The notes beneath the pieces were generated by a model. That model searched no databases and had not been told where the DNA came from. It saw only the letters and a list, made by a program, of their open reading frames with translations. A stretch of 64,000 bases of DNA from Paraspadella gotoi (taxonomy: Eukaryota > Animalia > Chaetognatha): the NCBI GenBank assembly GCA_051294375.1, contig JBJCIZ010000744.1:272206-336205 (forward strand), written 5' to 3'. The position numbers and the translations under genes are program-made. Shown here in pieces: positions 1 to 12,538 of this stretch (positions within the stretch are counted from its first letter, which is position 1; each line of letters starts with the position of its first letter).

Positions 1-2332
1 TAGATTTATCACACCGTCGAAGATACTTATTGCGAGATGAGAGACATCTCGTGGGTTATTTTAGGATACATATTAAAAAAAAAAAACTCCGATGTTTGAA
101 ACTAAGTCAAAGAACCTTTGAATTAGAAACATTTTCCCTCAACAGTCTTTTCGTTCTATTTTCGTCGTCATCTTTGTTTGTCTAGAAAATGTTCTTTTGT
201 TTGAGAGAGGAACGTTTAAAAGCTGGAGGAATCGGGGAAGGTTCCAGAAATATCGTTTTGAATGCTATGTTTAAAAAAATTTTAATTAAAATTAAAAAAA
301 ATAAGTTTTTTTTCTCTTTCTCTCTCTCTGTCTTTTTTTCTCCCTGTCTTTCTCCCTTTCTCTCTATCTCTCTCTTTCTTCCCCCTTCTTCTCCCTAAAT
401 AATATTGATAAATAAATATTTAAGAAATAATAACTTTAATTTTGATTCTTCTATTTTTTATTAATTTCTTAAATATTTNNNNNNNNNNNNNNNNNNNNNN
501 NNNCATCGTCTACAATTCATATCTTTTGTCAACTTCCGTTTCATCATTTTTGTCCTTAGTCATTCTCATTCAAGACCGATCGTTGTCGAGGCTCATGATC
601 CCCGTTAATCGAAAGTTCAGATGGCAAATGTCGTCGTCGTCGTCGTCGTCGTCCGTCGTCGTCGTCGTCGTCGTCGTCGAAGCTACATTTATGTCGTCCC
701 TTCCGACTAAATGAGGCGAAATCAACGACGAATTTTTGTCGGATTTGTGGCGAATTTTGTTGGATCAGCGGCGAAAATAATCGATTCGCCGTCGTTGTCG
801 AAATCGTCAAATCGTGACGTGAATACTGGGATGGTGTTAAAGTTAGAGAGGGCGAGTTAAATGTTATAATATTTAGTTCAATCAAGTGAAATTCTAAACG
901 ATTTTCTTTCTACATTATTTTCTTTTATTTTTTTTTCTATATCCATTCGCTGCTAAATCTTCGAGAAAAAAATATTAATAATGGCGTTTCGTTTCGCTTG
1001 ACGTCATTCCATAAATCGGATCGCCGCCTCTTTGACGTCACATTTGCGTCTCTTTGACGGCATCCTGGCGCCAATGGTAATTTAACTGGCGGTGGCGATA
1101 GAGCCGTTCGACACTTTACCATTTGGTTGTTATGTGTATTGTGTATTGTGTAATGTTTGTTGTATTTTTTGCCTGTATCTTTATCTTTTTCGCTCCTTAA
1201 AAGTTATTAATGTTGTACTTTTATTAAGAAAGAAAGAAACCAATCATTGAATTAACCATCCAACAGTATAACCAATCTTTCAATCAATTATTCAATCAAC
1301 AAATAACCAAACTTTTAAGTATTAAACAAAACCCAACCAAACTTTTACATGGCATCAAGTTTAGCTAATCCGTCTGAGAGGCCATTTTAGAGACGCATTT
1401 TCGAGCCAATTTTAGAGACGCAGTAAATCGCGTAGAAATGAAAGAAAATAAAAGGAGGAAACAAACAGTATTATCAGAAAAAGTAGGAACATTTTCGACA
1501 ACAGTGAGCGGGAAAGGAAAGGAGGGAACAAGATAAAATGAGAGACGAGAGGAAAATATGGCAAGGAAGAGACTTTAGAAGAAGAAGTTATATCGAAAAA
1601 TCTTTGAAGATAAAACTGGATTTTAAGATGAAACGGGGCGCGTTGGGAAAAAAGGCCGAAAAGTAAAAAAAACAAGTGTATAATTGTATAATATAATATA
1701 ATCTATTAAGGAAATTCGTGTTTCTTTCGAAGTAAAAAAAAATAAAGCTTGTAACTCCCCCCCCCCCCACCAAAAAATTATTTATGATCGGAAGTAAAGA
1801 AAAGTTGCGAATATACAACCAAATTCTGGAAATTACTTTATTAATTAATCATAAGATGTAAACTGCGCCGAAGGAAAGAAATGAAAAGCAATAATGTGCT
1901 AAATAATTCATGCTTATTTATTCTTTTTTCTGACAAAAACGAAAATCGGGGGGAAAAAGAGAAATAATATTTATTTCATTTGAGCAAAAGAAAAGAAAAA
2001 GAATTATTGAATATTTGATGAGTTTGGGTTCTGACTTCTGATTCGCTGGTTTCACTCATCTGTGATTGGATGTCCGGAAAAGCCAACGACCAATCACATC
2101 ACAAGGCTAACCAAGTCCATTGACAATCGATAAAAGCCCCAAAACAACGTCAAAAGCTAAATATATATAACCTTATTGGGGAAGAAACATAAAGCATCCT
2201 AACATTATTTACGCTTTTCAAACCAAGAGGAATGACCGTTTGGCCTCGGTCACGTGACCTCGGCGACACTGGCGACGTCACGCGCACCAAACCTAAAACG
2301 CCTTCAACCCTTCCAACCCCCCTTTCAACCCC

Positions 2333-3406
2333 GCTGTCCACCTTACTATGCTTCAGAGTGTAGTGGTTACAGCTGGGTAAGCGAGGCTGTAGGAAATTTC
2401 TTGCTGTCCCCTTACTATGGCTTCAGAGTGTAGTGTTACAGCTCGGTAGCGAGGCTGTATGAAATTTCTTGCTGTCCACCTTACTATGACTTTCAGAGTG
2501 TAGTGGTTACAGCTGGGGTAGCGAGGCTGTAGGAAATTTTCTGCTGTCCACCTTTACTATGGCTATCAGAGTGTAGTGGTTACAGCTGGGTAGCGAGGCT
2601 GTATGAAATTTTCTGCTGTCCACCTTACTATGGCTTCAGAGTGTAGTGGTTACAGCTGGGGTAGCGAGGCTGTAGGAAATTTTCTGCTGTCCACCTTACT
2701 ATCGGCTTCAGAGTGTAGTGGTTACAGCTGGGTAGAGGCTGTAGGAAATTTTATGCTGTCCACCCTTACTATGGCTTCAGAGTGTATGGTTACAGCTGGG
2801 TTAGCGAGGCTGTAGGAAATTTTCTGCTGTCCACACTTACTATGCGGCAGAGTGTAGTGGTTACAGGCTGGGTAGGAGGCTGTAGGAAATTTTCTGCTGT
2901 CCACCTTACTATGGCTTCAGAGTGTAGTGGTTACAGCTGGGTAGCGAGGCTGTATGAAATTTTCTGCTTTCCACCTTACTATGGCTTCAGAGTGTAGTGG
3001 TTACAGCTGGGTAGCGAGGCTGTAGGAAATTTTCTGCTGTCCACCTTACTATGGCTTCAGAGTGTAGTGGTTACAGCTGGGTACGGAGGCTGTAGGAATT
3101 TTATGCTGTCACATTACTATGGCTTCAGAGTGTAGTGGTTACAGCTGGGGTAGCGAGGCTGTAGGAAATTTTCTGCTGTCCACCATTACTATGGCTTCAG
3201 AGTGTAGTGGTTACAGCTGGGTAGCGAGGCTGTAGAAATTTCTGCTGTCACCTTACTATGGCTTCAGAGTGTAGTAGTACAGCTGGGTAGCGAGGTGTAG
3301 GAAATTTCTGCTGTCCACCTTACTATGGCTTCAGAGTGTAGTGGTATAGCTGGGTAGCGAGGCTGTAGGAAATTTTGCTGTCCACCTATACTATGGCTTC
3401 AGAGTG
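2333..3406 (+). repeat. 70-bp tandem array, about 15 full units plus a partial unit
   Basis: Unit gctgtccaccttactatggcttcagagtgtagtggttacagctgggtagcgaggctgtaggaaattttct. The period is 70 (2881 to 2951) and there are no spacers. Confidence 0.95.
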
Positions 3407-3779
3407 GCCCCCCACCTCCGCCACCGTCACCCCCACCTCCGCCCCGTCACGCCCCCCCCGGAGGATTAAGAAGCGAGACGTGTCGCGTCTTCGGCGACGC
3501 CTCTCATTTTTCTTCTCTCTTTTTTTCTTCTTCTCTTTTTCTTCTCTTTATTCTTCTCTTTTTCTTCTCCTTTTTCTTCTCCTTTTTCCTCTCTATTTTC
3601 TTTTCTTTTTCTTCTCTTTTTTCTTCTCTTTTTCTTCTCTCTCTTTTTTTTCTTTCTCTTTTCCTTCCCTTTTTTCCTCTCTATTTTCTTCTCTTTTTTC
3701 CTCTCTATTTTTTTCTCTTTTTTTCCTCTATATTTTCTTCTATTTTTCTTCTTCTCTCTTTTTCCTCTCTTTTTCTTCT

Positions 3780-4370
3780 CTATTTCTTCTCTTTTTTCTT
3801 CTCTTTTTCCTCTCTATTTCTTCTCTTTTTTCTCTCTTTCTTTCTCTCTCTCTTTTTATTTCTCCATTTGGCCTGAATTCGGAATCGAGTTTTTTACGGA
3901 TTTGTTGCGCATGCGCGCTGTTTAAGACGATTTTCGGTCGGTCGGTCGGTCGATGGACAGAGATCTAAATGTGCATATATGTAATAATTGTTTTACTTAT
4001 TTGTTTTAATTAAATCTGCGTTATTTCTTCTTTTCTTCTGATTCTTCTATTTTTCTTCTTCTTCTCTTTTTCCTCTCTTTTTTTCTCTATTTCTTCTCTT
4101 TTTTCTTCTCTTTTTCTCTCTATTTTCTTTTCTCTTTTTTCTCTCTCTCTTTTCTCTCTCTCTTTTTATTTTTCTCATTTGGCCTGAATTCGGAATCGAG
4201 GGTTTTTTACGGATGTTGTTGCGCATGCGCGCTGTTTAAGACGATTTTCGGTCGGTCGGTCGGTCGATGGACAGAGATCTAAATGTGCATATATGTAATC
4301 AATTGTTTTACTTATTTGTTTTAATTAAATCTGCTTATTTTCTTCTTTATTTCGATTCTTCTATTTTTTT
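3780..4370 (+). repeat. About 311-bp direct duplication at the centre of foldback 1
   Basis: ggcctgaattcggaatcgag...gtcgatggacagagatctaaatgtgc starts at about 3870 and again at about 4181. It occurs only once in the right arm (4371-4560). Confidence 0.85.
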
Positions 4371-5014
4371 GAAATAAAAGAAGAAAATAAGCAGATTTAA
4401 TTTAAAACAATATAAGTAAAACAATTATTACATATATGCACATTTAGATCTCTGTCCATCGACCGACCGACCGACCGAAAATCGTCTTAAACAGCGCGCA
4501 TGCGCAACAACATCCGTAAAAAAACCCTCGATTCCGAATTCAGGCCAAATGGAGAAAATAAAAAGAGAGAGAAGAAAAGAAAGAGAGAAAAAAGAGAAGA
4601 AAATAGAGAGGAAAAAGAGAAGAAAAAAGAGAAGAAAATAGAGAAGAAAAAAGAGAGGAAAAAAGAGAAGAAGAAGAAAAATAGAAGAAAATAGAGAGGA
4701 AAAAAAAGAGAAAAAAATAGAGAGGAAAAAAGAGAAGAAAATAGAGAGGAAAAAAAGGGAAGGAAAAGAGAAAGAAAAGAGAGAGAATGAAAAGAGAGAA
4801 AAGAAGGAAGAAAAAGAAAAAGAAAATAGAGAGGAAAAAGGAGAAGAAAAAGGAGAAGAAAGAGACGAGAATAAAAGAGAAAGAAAAAGAGAAGAAGAAA
4901 AAAAGAGAAGAAAAATGAGAGGCGTCGCCGAAGACGCGACACGTCTCGCTTCTTAATCCTCCGGGGGGGGGGCGTGACGGGGCGGAGGTGGGGGTGACGG
5001 TGGCGGGTGGGGGC

Positions 5015-6205
5015 CACTCTGAAGCCATAGTAAGTGGGACAGCGCAAAATTTCCTACAGCCTCGCTACCCAGCTGTAACCACTACACTCTGAAGCCATAG
5101 TAAGGTGGACAGCAGAAATTTTCCTACACCTCGCTACCACAGCTGTAACTACTACACTCTGAAGCCATAGTAAGGTGACAGCAGAAATTTCCTACAGCCG
5201 CACCCACAGCTGTAACCACTTACACTCTGACAGCATAGTAAGGTGACAGCAGAAAATTTCTGACAGCTGCTACCCAGCTGTAACCACTACACTCTGAAGC
5301 CATAGTAAGGTGGACAGCATAAAATTTCCTACAGCCTCGCTACCCAGCTGTAACCACTAACACTCTGAAGCCATAGTAAGGTGGACAGCAGAAATATTTC
5401 CTACAGCCTCGCTACCCAGCTGTAACCACTACACTTCTGAAGCCATAGTAAGGTGGACAGCAGAAAATTTCATACAGCCTCGCTACCCAGCTGTAACCAC
5501 TACACTCTGAAGCCATAGTAAGGTGGACAGCAGAAAATTTCCTACAGCCTCGCTACCCAGCTGTAACCACTACACTCTGAGCCATAGTAAGGTGGACAGC
5601 AGAAAATTTCCTACAGCCTCGCTACCCAGCTGTAACCACTACACTGCTGAAGCCATAGTAAGGTGGACAGCATGAAAATTTCTACACAGCCCGCTACCAG
5701 CTGTAACCACTACACTCTGAAGCCAGATAGTAAGGTGGACAGCAGAAAATTTCCTACTAGCCTCGCTACCAGTGCAGCTGTAACCACTACACTCTGAAGC
5801 CATAGTAAGGTGGACAGCAAAAAATTTCCTAGCAGCCTCGCTAGCCGCGGAGCTGTAACCACTGACACTGCTGATAGCCGATAGTAGGTGGAGCAGCAGA
5901 GAAATTTCGTCTACAGCCTCGCTACCGGCTCAGTCTGTAAGCCACTACACTCTGAAAGCTCATAGTAAGGTGGACAGGCAGAAACTTTCATTACAGCCTC
6001 CCGCTACCGGCAGCGTGTAAGCATACCTCTTGAAAGCCATAGTAAGGGTGACAGCAAGAATCTTCCTCACAGCCTCGGCTACCGCAGCTGTAACTCCACT
6101 ACACTCTGAAGCATAGTAAGGTGGACAGCAGAGAAATTCATGACAGCCTCGCTACCGCGATGCTGCTAACCACTACATCTCTGAAGCCATAGTAAGGTGG
6201 ACAGC
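5015..6205 (-). repeat. Inverted copy of the 70-bp array, about 16 full units plus a partial unit
   Basis: Reverse complement of the unit at 2333-3406, with more indel noise from about 5640 onward. Confidence 0.95.
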
Positions 6206-7846
6206 GGGGTGAAAGGGGGTTGGAAGGGTTGAAGGGTTTAAGGTTTGGGCGCGTGACGTCGCCAGTGTCGCCGAGGTCACGTGACCGAGGCCAAACGGTC
6301 ATTCCTCTTGGTTTGAAAAGCGTAAATAATGTTAGGATGCTTTATGTTTCTTCCCCAATAAGGTTATATATATTTAGCTTTTGACGTTGTTTTGGGGCTT
6401 TATCGTATTGTCAATGGACTTGGTTAGCCTTGTGATGTGATTGGTCGTTGGCTTTTCCGGACATCCAATCACAGATGAGTGAAACCAGCGAATCAGAAGT
6501 CAGAACCCAAACTCATCAAATATTCAATAATTCTTTTTCTTTTCTTTTGCTCAAATGAAATAAATATTATTTTCTCTTTTTCCCCCCCGATTTTTCGTTT
6601 TTGTCAGAAAAAAGAATAATAAGCATGAATTATTTAGCACATTATTGCTTTTCATTTCTTTCCTTCGGCGCAGTTACAATCTTATGATTAATTAATAAAG
6701 TAATTTCCAGAATTTGTTGTATATCGCAACTTTTCTTTACTTCCGATCAAATAATTTTTTGGTGGGGGGGGGGAGTTACAAGCTTTATTTTTTTTTACTT
6801 CGAAAGAAACACGAATTTCCTTAATAGATTATATTATATTATACAATTATACACTTGTTTTTTTTACTTTTCGGCCTTATTTTCCCAACGCGCCCCGTTT
6901 CATCTTAAATCCAGTTTTATCTTCAAAGATTTTTCGATATAACTTCTTCTTCTAAAGTCCTTCCTTGCCATATTTTCCTCTCGTCTCTCATTTTATCTTC
7001 TCCCTCCTTTCCTTTCCCGCTCACTGTTGTCGAAAATGTCCTACTTTTTTTGATAATTACTGTTTGTTCCTCCTTTTATTTTCTTTCATTTCTACGCGAT
7101 TTACTGCGTCTCTAAAATGGGCTCGAAAATGCGTCTCTAAAATGGCCTCTCAGACGGATTAGCTAAACTTGATGCCATGTAAAAAGTTTGGTTGGGTTTT
7201 GTTTAATACTTAAAAGTTTGGTTTATTTGTTGATTGAATAATTGATTGAAAGATTGGTTATACTGTTGGATGGTTAATTCAATGATTGGTTTCTTTCTTT
7301 CTTAATAAAAGTACAACATTAATAACTTTTAAGGAGCGAAAAAGATAAAGATACAGGCAAAAAATACAACAAACATTACACAATACACAATACACATAAC
7401 AACCAAATGGTAAAGTGTCGAACGGCTCTATCGCCACCGCCAGTTAAATTACCATTGGCGCCAGGATGCCGTCAAAGAGACGCAAATGTGACGTCAAAGA
7501 GGCGCGATCCGATTTGGAATGACGTCAAGCGAAACGAAACGCATTATTAATATTTTTTTCTCGAAGATTTAGCAGCGAATGGATATAGAAAAAAAAAATA
7601 AAAGAAAATAATGTAGGAAAAGAAAATCGTTAGAATTCACTTGATTGAACTAAATATTGTAACATTTAACTCGCCCTCTCTAACTTTAACACCATCCCAG
7701 TATCACGTCACGATTTGACGATTTCGACGAACGACGGCGAATCGATTCATTTTCGCCGCTGATCCCAACAAAATTCGCCACAAATCCGACAAAATTCGTC
7801 GTTGATTTCGCCTCATTTAGTCGGAAGGGACGACATAAATGTAGCT

Positions 7847-7884
<38 letters not shown>

Positions 7885-8890
7885 ATTTGCCATCTGAACT
7901 TTCGATTAACGGGGATCATGAGCCTCGACAACGATTACGGTCTTGAAAGAGAATGACTAAGGACAAAAATGATGACACGGAAGTTGACAAAAGAATGAAT
8001 TGTAGACGATGTTAACGATGACAAAGGTTTGTCAGTAAAAGAAAATTAATCTACGTACGTTTCTCTCAAATATACATGGTACAAAGATACGTAGACCAAA
8101 ATTATTCATTAAGGAACGGAAATGGGTCAACTTTGGAAAATAGTAACAGAAGATATTACATTTTGAAAATATCTAATATAAATATTAGTTTGTCATTCAT
8201 GTCGAAACCAATGACAAATGATGTCAAGTAATGACGAACCACAACTACAACATTTTCCGAGGTCCATTAAGGAACGCCCTCTTCATCCGCGTTTTATGAC
8301 CCAGAAAAAAATATGATCTCAGAAGTTCGTCTATCGGTCAGTCAGTCAGTCGTTATCGTCGTCATTCATCCTCGCTCCCCACGCCCCCTTTTTCGCAAAA
8401 TCGCTCTCGTGGCCGAGATCCGACTTCGGCGTCCGGCGGCAAGCGGCCGGCGGGGTTTTGTGCCGCCGGCATCGCGTTCGGCGTCCGGCGTAGTTTCCGG
8501 CGAGCGGTCTCTCGCTTCGTTTGACAAACGAGTCAAAGTATCAATGATTCATTGAACTGAATCCAGTCGTCGTCGTCATCGCTGTCGTCGTCGTCGTCGT
8601 TCCTTCGTCATTCACCTGTCATAAATCGCGCCCCATCTTTCTCTTCCGGAAATATACGCTCCTATTGGCGCCGTCGTCTCGGCGCCGTTGTCTCGGCGCT
8701 GTCGGCTAATTTCAGCTCACGATCGAAAATCTTTCGGGCATGTCGCCATTTTGAATTTGGAACGTTCTTTTTATCATCGCAGGAGTATCAAGCCACCAAA
8801 ATCGAATCGGATCAAGCGAAATGGAATCGCCGAATCCTGATTGGTCAAGCACGAACGGAATCGACCAATCAGCTTGCATAATCATTGAAT

Positions 8891-9065
8891 TGTAAATTTT
8901 ACCCACGTTGCCGATCCTCTTCCCAAGATATAAATAGACTTAGCTTGTTCTAGTTTCAGTAGAATTGATCAAGACTCCTGCGCGCGTCTCACCGTCACCT
9001 TTATTCTCAGAATAAAACCTCTTCTTGATTTCGTCCATAGAAATCCATGAGTATTTCCTTAAATG
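8891..9065 (+). mobile_element. LTR-like segment directly upstream of a tRNA-Leu primer-binding sequence
   Basis: Starts TGT, has TATAAATA near 8929 and AATAAA at 9011, and is followed directly by TGGTGGCAGCGGTGGGAT. There is no canonical CA end and no second LTR or gag/pol, so the boundaries are tentative. Confidence 0.4.
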
Positions 9066-9111
9066 TGGTGGCAGCGGTGGGATTCGAACCCACGCCTCCG
9101 AAGAGACTGGT
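9066..9111 (-). pseudogene. 3' half of tRNA-Leu (AAG/UAG type) including the CCA tail; an extended PBS or retro-copied tRNA fragment
   Basis: The minus strand reads ACCAGTCTCTTCGGAGGCGTGGGTTCGAATCCCACCGCTGCCA-CCA: anticodon-stem 3' strand, long variable arm, T arm, acceptor stem and CCA. The 5' half is absent and the sequence continues into AT-rich DNA. Confidence 0.9.
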
Positions 9112-9515
9112 AAAATATATTGTTATATACTATGTTATTACTATACGATTAAACATTATTTCGCTGACGTAAATGATATTTATATATTCTATTTCAAAAG
9201 ACAACTCCAATATTTAATATTGATATATAATATTTTATATAACTGCTCAATTAAATCTGATGAAGTAAAACAAGTGATATTGCAAATTTCATATATACAT
9301 GTAGTATGTAATTTATACGGATATTTTTTGTATTATTTTACAATATTTTGCCGAAGGAAAAGATTCGTCCAACATCTTCAAAGAGGATGCTTTGATAGCA
9401 TTCGATTTGGTTCTTTGCCGGAACTTATGCTGCAGAGCGGTGGCCTTTTTTGCGTTCAAGCGTTCTCCCCACATCAATTTCACTCCACGCTCCATCCAAT
9501 TCACCCGCTCTCCAC

Positions 9516-9585
9516 CCACTTTCTGCCCACCTTCTGCCCACTTTCTGCCCACCTTTTGCCCACCTTCTGCCCACCTTTTGCCCCC
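9516..9585 (+). repeat. 11-bp minisatellite (CCCACYTTYTG)n, about 6 copies
   Basis: cccactttctg cccaccttctg cccactttctg cccaccttttg read directly from the sequence. Confidence 0.85.
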
Positions 9586-9802
9586 ACACACCACAGTCTG
9601 TTCACTTTATACCCACTACCCACCCTACTCAACCCTCAGCAAACAACCCGATTTCCGTTCACCGGTCGCCGGACGGCCGAGATTCATGGCCGAGAAAATC
9701 CGGCGACGACGGTAATGATCCCCTTTTTTTCGGCGTGAGACGTTTTTTTGACGCCGCGGTTCGACGTCTCTTATTTTCACGCGGAAGAACATTGACCCAA
9801 TT

Positions 9803-9804
9803 GT

Positions 9805-9840
<36 letters not shown>

Positions 9841-10050
9841 TCCTTTCTTTTCTTTTTTCTTTCTTTCTTTCTTTTCTTTCTTTCTTTCTTTCTTTCTTTT
9901 CTTCTTTCTTCATTCATTCATTCATTATTCATCATTCATTCATTCATTCATTCATTCATTCATTCCTTAATTCATTCCTTCATTCATTCCTTCAACCTTA
10001 ACCGCAATCCCTTCCTCAGTTTCTCGTGTTCCAGTCTCTCACTTCCTCCA

Positions 10051-10118
<68 letters not shown>

Positions 10119-10120
10119 TG
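9803..10120 (+). repeat. Compound microsatellite (TTTC)n-(TTCA)n-(CT)n
   Basis: Read directly from the sequence. Confidence 0.9.
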
Positions 10121-10857
10121 TTTCTTTTCTTTTCTCGTCGTCTCCGCCTTCGTGATTTACAATTCTGTGAGATCAGGTGATTTGACGTTCGACTCCCAGT
10201 TTCTTTTTTCCTTTTTCTTTTTCTTTTTTTTTCTCCTTTCCGGTATTTTTTTAGTTTTAAACAACACAGAAACCCAAGCGGACCACTTTTTGGTCGGTCA
10301 TTTTAATCATCTATTTATTAATAACAATTATAAATATTAGAGTATTTTTACATTAGTACTTAGAAAGTTTTAGCTGCGCATACTATTAGACGTTGTGATT
10401 ACATAATAATCTCAATTCAAAGCATGGTCCCACTATATTATTATGGAGTCAATTGTCAGGAAGCAAGATAGCTTATTGAACGATTTTATGTTTTATTGTA
10501 ATAATTATCTTTAAAGCCGAGACATTGGAACGCTGTAAGATTTTTTCATTCGCTTCGTTATTCACAACCATAACCCGAGTACCCCCCCCCTTTCCCCCCC
10601 TTCTCCCTTCCTCATTTCTCATGGATGACATCGACTGTTGAGAGACATCGGTCGGTCGCTCAACAGACAGAGACGTTCCCTTGTTTTTTTTTCTTTGTTT
10701 CTTTTATTTTTCGCTGACTGCTTTGTTTTTTTCCCTTTGGTTCTGCTGCTGCCGCTGCCGCTGCCGCTGCCGCCGACGCTGCCGCTGACGCCAGACAGTA
10801 ACGCGTTTGTTTGTTTGCTTTTATTCGTATTTATTACTTTCGCCTCTCGGATGGGAT

Positions 10858-11099
10858 AGCCTTATTTACCCAAAACTTTCAATTTAAATTTGGAATTAGG
10901 TTAATTTTTTTAATCAAAGATTAGGGTTAGTGATTCAGGTAAGGGATTAGGGCTAAGGTTTAGGATTAGGTTAAAGCTTGGAATTGATGTTAAAGATTAG
11001 GATTTCAATTTTAAGAATATATTTAAATTGAATAATAAGGTTAAAATTAAATTCCGGGATATAAGAACAGAAATGGAGCGTTCTGGAAAAAGAGAGCCC
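10858..11099 (-). mobile_element. Short-TIR element with a degenerate telomere-like core, copy A
   Basis: The minus strand starts GGGCTCTCTTTTTCCAGAACGCTCC and ends AATTCCAAATTTAA...GGGTAAATAAGGCT. The core is TAACCT/TAATCC-like hexamers. Confidence 0.6.
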
Positions 11100-12248
11100 G
11101 AAAAGGCGGTCGATGATCTTTGTTCTGATCTCAGCACTGCGTAGCACGCTGCGCAACGCGGATCTGAATATATCGGTAACCGTTCGCTATTAGCTATTCT
11201 GAGCAAAAGCTTAATTATTGTCAAAATGTTGTCAAGCCCTTGTCTTTTTTCCTCCAACAACAAATGTGAACTTTTTCATGATTTGAATTTTAATTTTTTG
11301 TAAACTTTACTCTCTCTCTCTCTCTCAAAACGGTTTTTTCTCTCTGCTTTTTCCGTTTTCTGTTTCTATCTCTGTCTCTATCTCGCTTTGGTCGGTTACT
11401 GTCTCTGTCTCGGCTTGCTTTTTGTTTCTCTATCCCGTGTCTCACCACGTGACTCTCTCTCTGTTTGGCGCTTTGTTTTGGTCTCTGTTAATTAACCTCT
11501 GATTCTTTTTACTGCTTCGTTTTTTTATTCTTTTTCTTTTTCTTTTTTTTTCTTCTTTTCTTCTTTACTTCTTCTTTTCATTTTTTTTCTTTCCTTCTCT
11601 TCTTTTCTCTTCTCTTTTCTTCTCTTCTCTTTTTCTTTCCTTCTTTCTTCTCTTCCACTTCTTCATTTCATCCTGATCACCTCCTCCTCCTCTTCCTCCT
11701 CCTCCTCCTCCTCCGCCTCCTCCCCCTTTTCGACTGAATTCCAGGTGCATAGTAAAAAGTAGGACGCCTTTTCGCTCGACCGAATGCAGAAGTAGTAGAA
11801 AAACAGGTGCAGCCTTTTAGTCATTAAAATCAGGACCTTCTTGGCAGATGCAGGAATAGTATTTGTTTGTCCAATGTCCAGTTTTTCGGTGCCGCTGATT
11901 TTTGAGACTGCCGTTTCCAATTTAGGAATGTTTGAATGTCGTAGCCCAGTTGAGAATGCAAGACTGAATACAAGAATATAGGACTTACAACGCTTATATT
12001 TAGGGAGTGTTTTTGTATATTTTTAATGTGTAAATTTATTGTATAGTAAATTTATTAAATATAAAATATGAGATCTTGCAAAAATTCCCATTGCCTGACT
12101 ATGAGGAAGCTTTCGCCTCTCAGTTCATCTCTCATGCGGAATCTTGTCTGGCCAAATTCAAAAAAGACATATCTTCTTCGTGCTTGCTCTCCAAAGTTTT
12201 TAAATTAGGCTATTTTCACCGCGCTCACCCCTCCGCCCAGATAAAAAA

Positions 12249-12538
12249 GGGCTCTCTTTTCCAAAAGCGTCCCAAAACCTAATTCTTAACCTTAATGCTT
12301 AACACTGTCCTAATCTTTAACCCTAATCATAAACCCCTTAACCCAAACCGCTAACCATAAACCCAAGTCCCTAAACCTTACTTAGTCTCTAACCCTAATT
12401 CCTAACTATAATTATTATCTTAATACTTAACCTTAATCCTAAACCTAATCCTTAACCTAATCCTTAACCTCTAACTTAATCTTAACATCTAAAAACTAAT
12501 TTAATTCCGAATTTAAGACGCTATGGGAAAATAAGGCC
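12249..12538 (+). mobile_element. Short-TIR element with a degenerate telomere-like core, copy B
   Basis: Starts GGGCTCTCTTTTCCAAAAGCGTCCC and ends AATTCCGAATTTAAGA...GGGAAAATAAGGCC. The core is (TAACCY/TAATCC)n. Confidence 0.6.

Larger units (their letters stand above)
504..8011. repeat. Foldback 1: about 7.5 kb inverted repeat, turning near 4370
   Basis: 504 catcgtctacaattcat... is the reverse complement of ...atgaattgtagacgatg ending at 8011. Internal blocks mirror throughout, e.g. the (gtc)n tract near 630-678 vs the (gac)n tract near 7848-7884, and the two 70-bp arrays. Confidence 0.95.

Noticed and set aside
3375-5047. Long F/S/L-rich and K/R/E-rich ORFs (also at 18.7-19.2, 20.3-21.0, 22.8-23.5 and 32.0-32.4 kb)
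   Set aside because: They are translations of CT/GA microsatellites, which lack stop codons by composition.
2333-6205. 70-bp arrays as a CRISPR array or a tRNA gene cluster
   Set aside because: The units are contiguous with no unique spacers. There are no cas genes, no T-loop/B-box and no cloverleaf.
9066-9111. Functional or intron-split tRNA-Leu gene
   Set aside because: No 5' half is visible nearby, and the encoded CCA indicates a copy of mature tRNA.
9025-9738. 237-aa ORF as a protein
   Set aside because: It runs through the antisense tRNA fragment (GGSGGIRTHASEETG), AT-rich DNA and an 11-bp minisatellite, and has no domain signal.
11740-12240. Possible exons (an EGF-like SCICQEG on the minus strand; ORF 12076-12282 on the plus strand)
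   Set aside because: The three copies disagree on frame, the cysteine spacing of an EGF domain is not completed, and no consistent splice pair was found.
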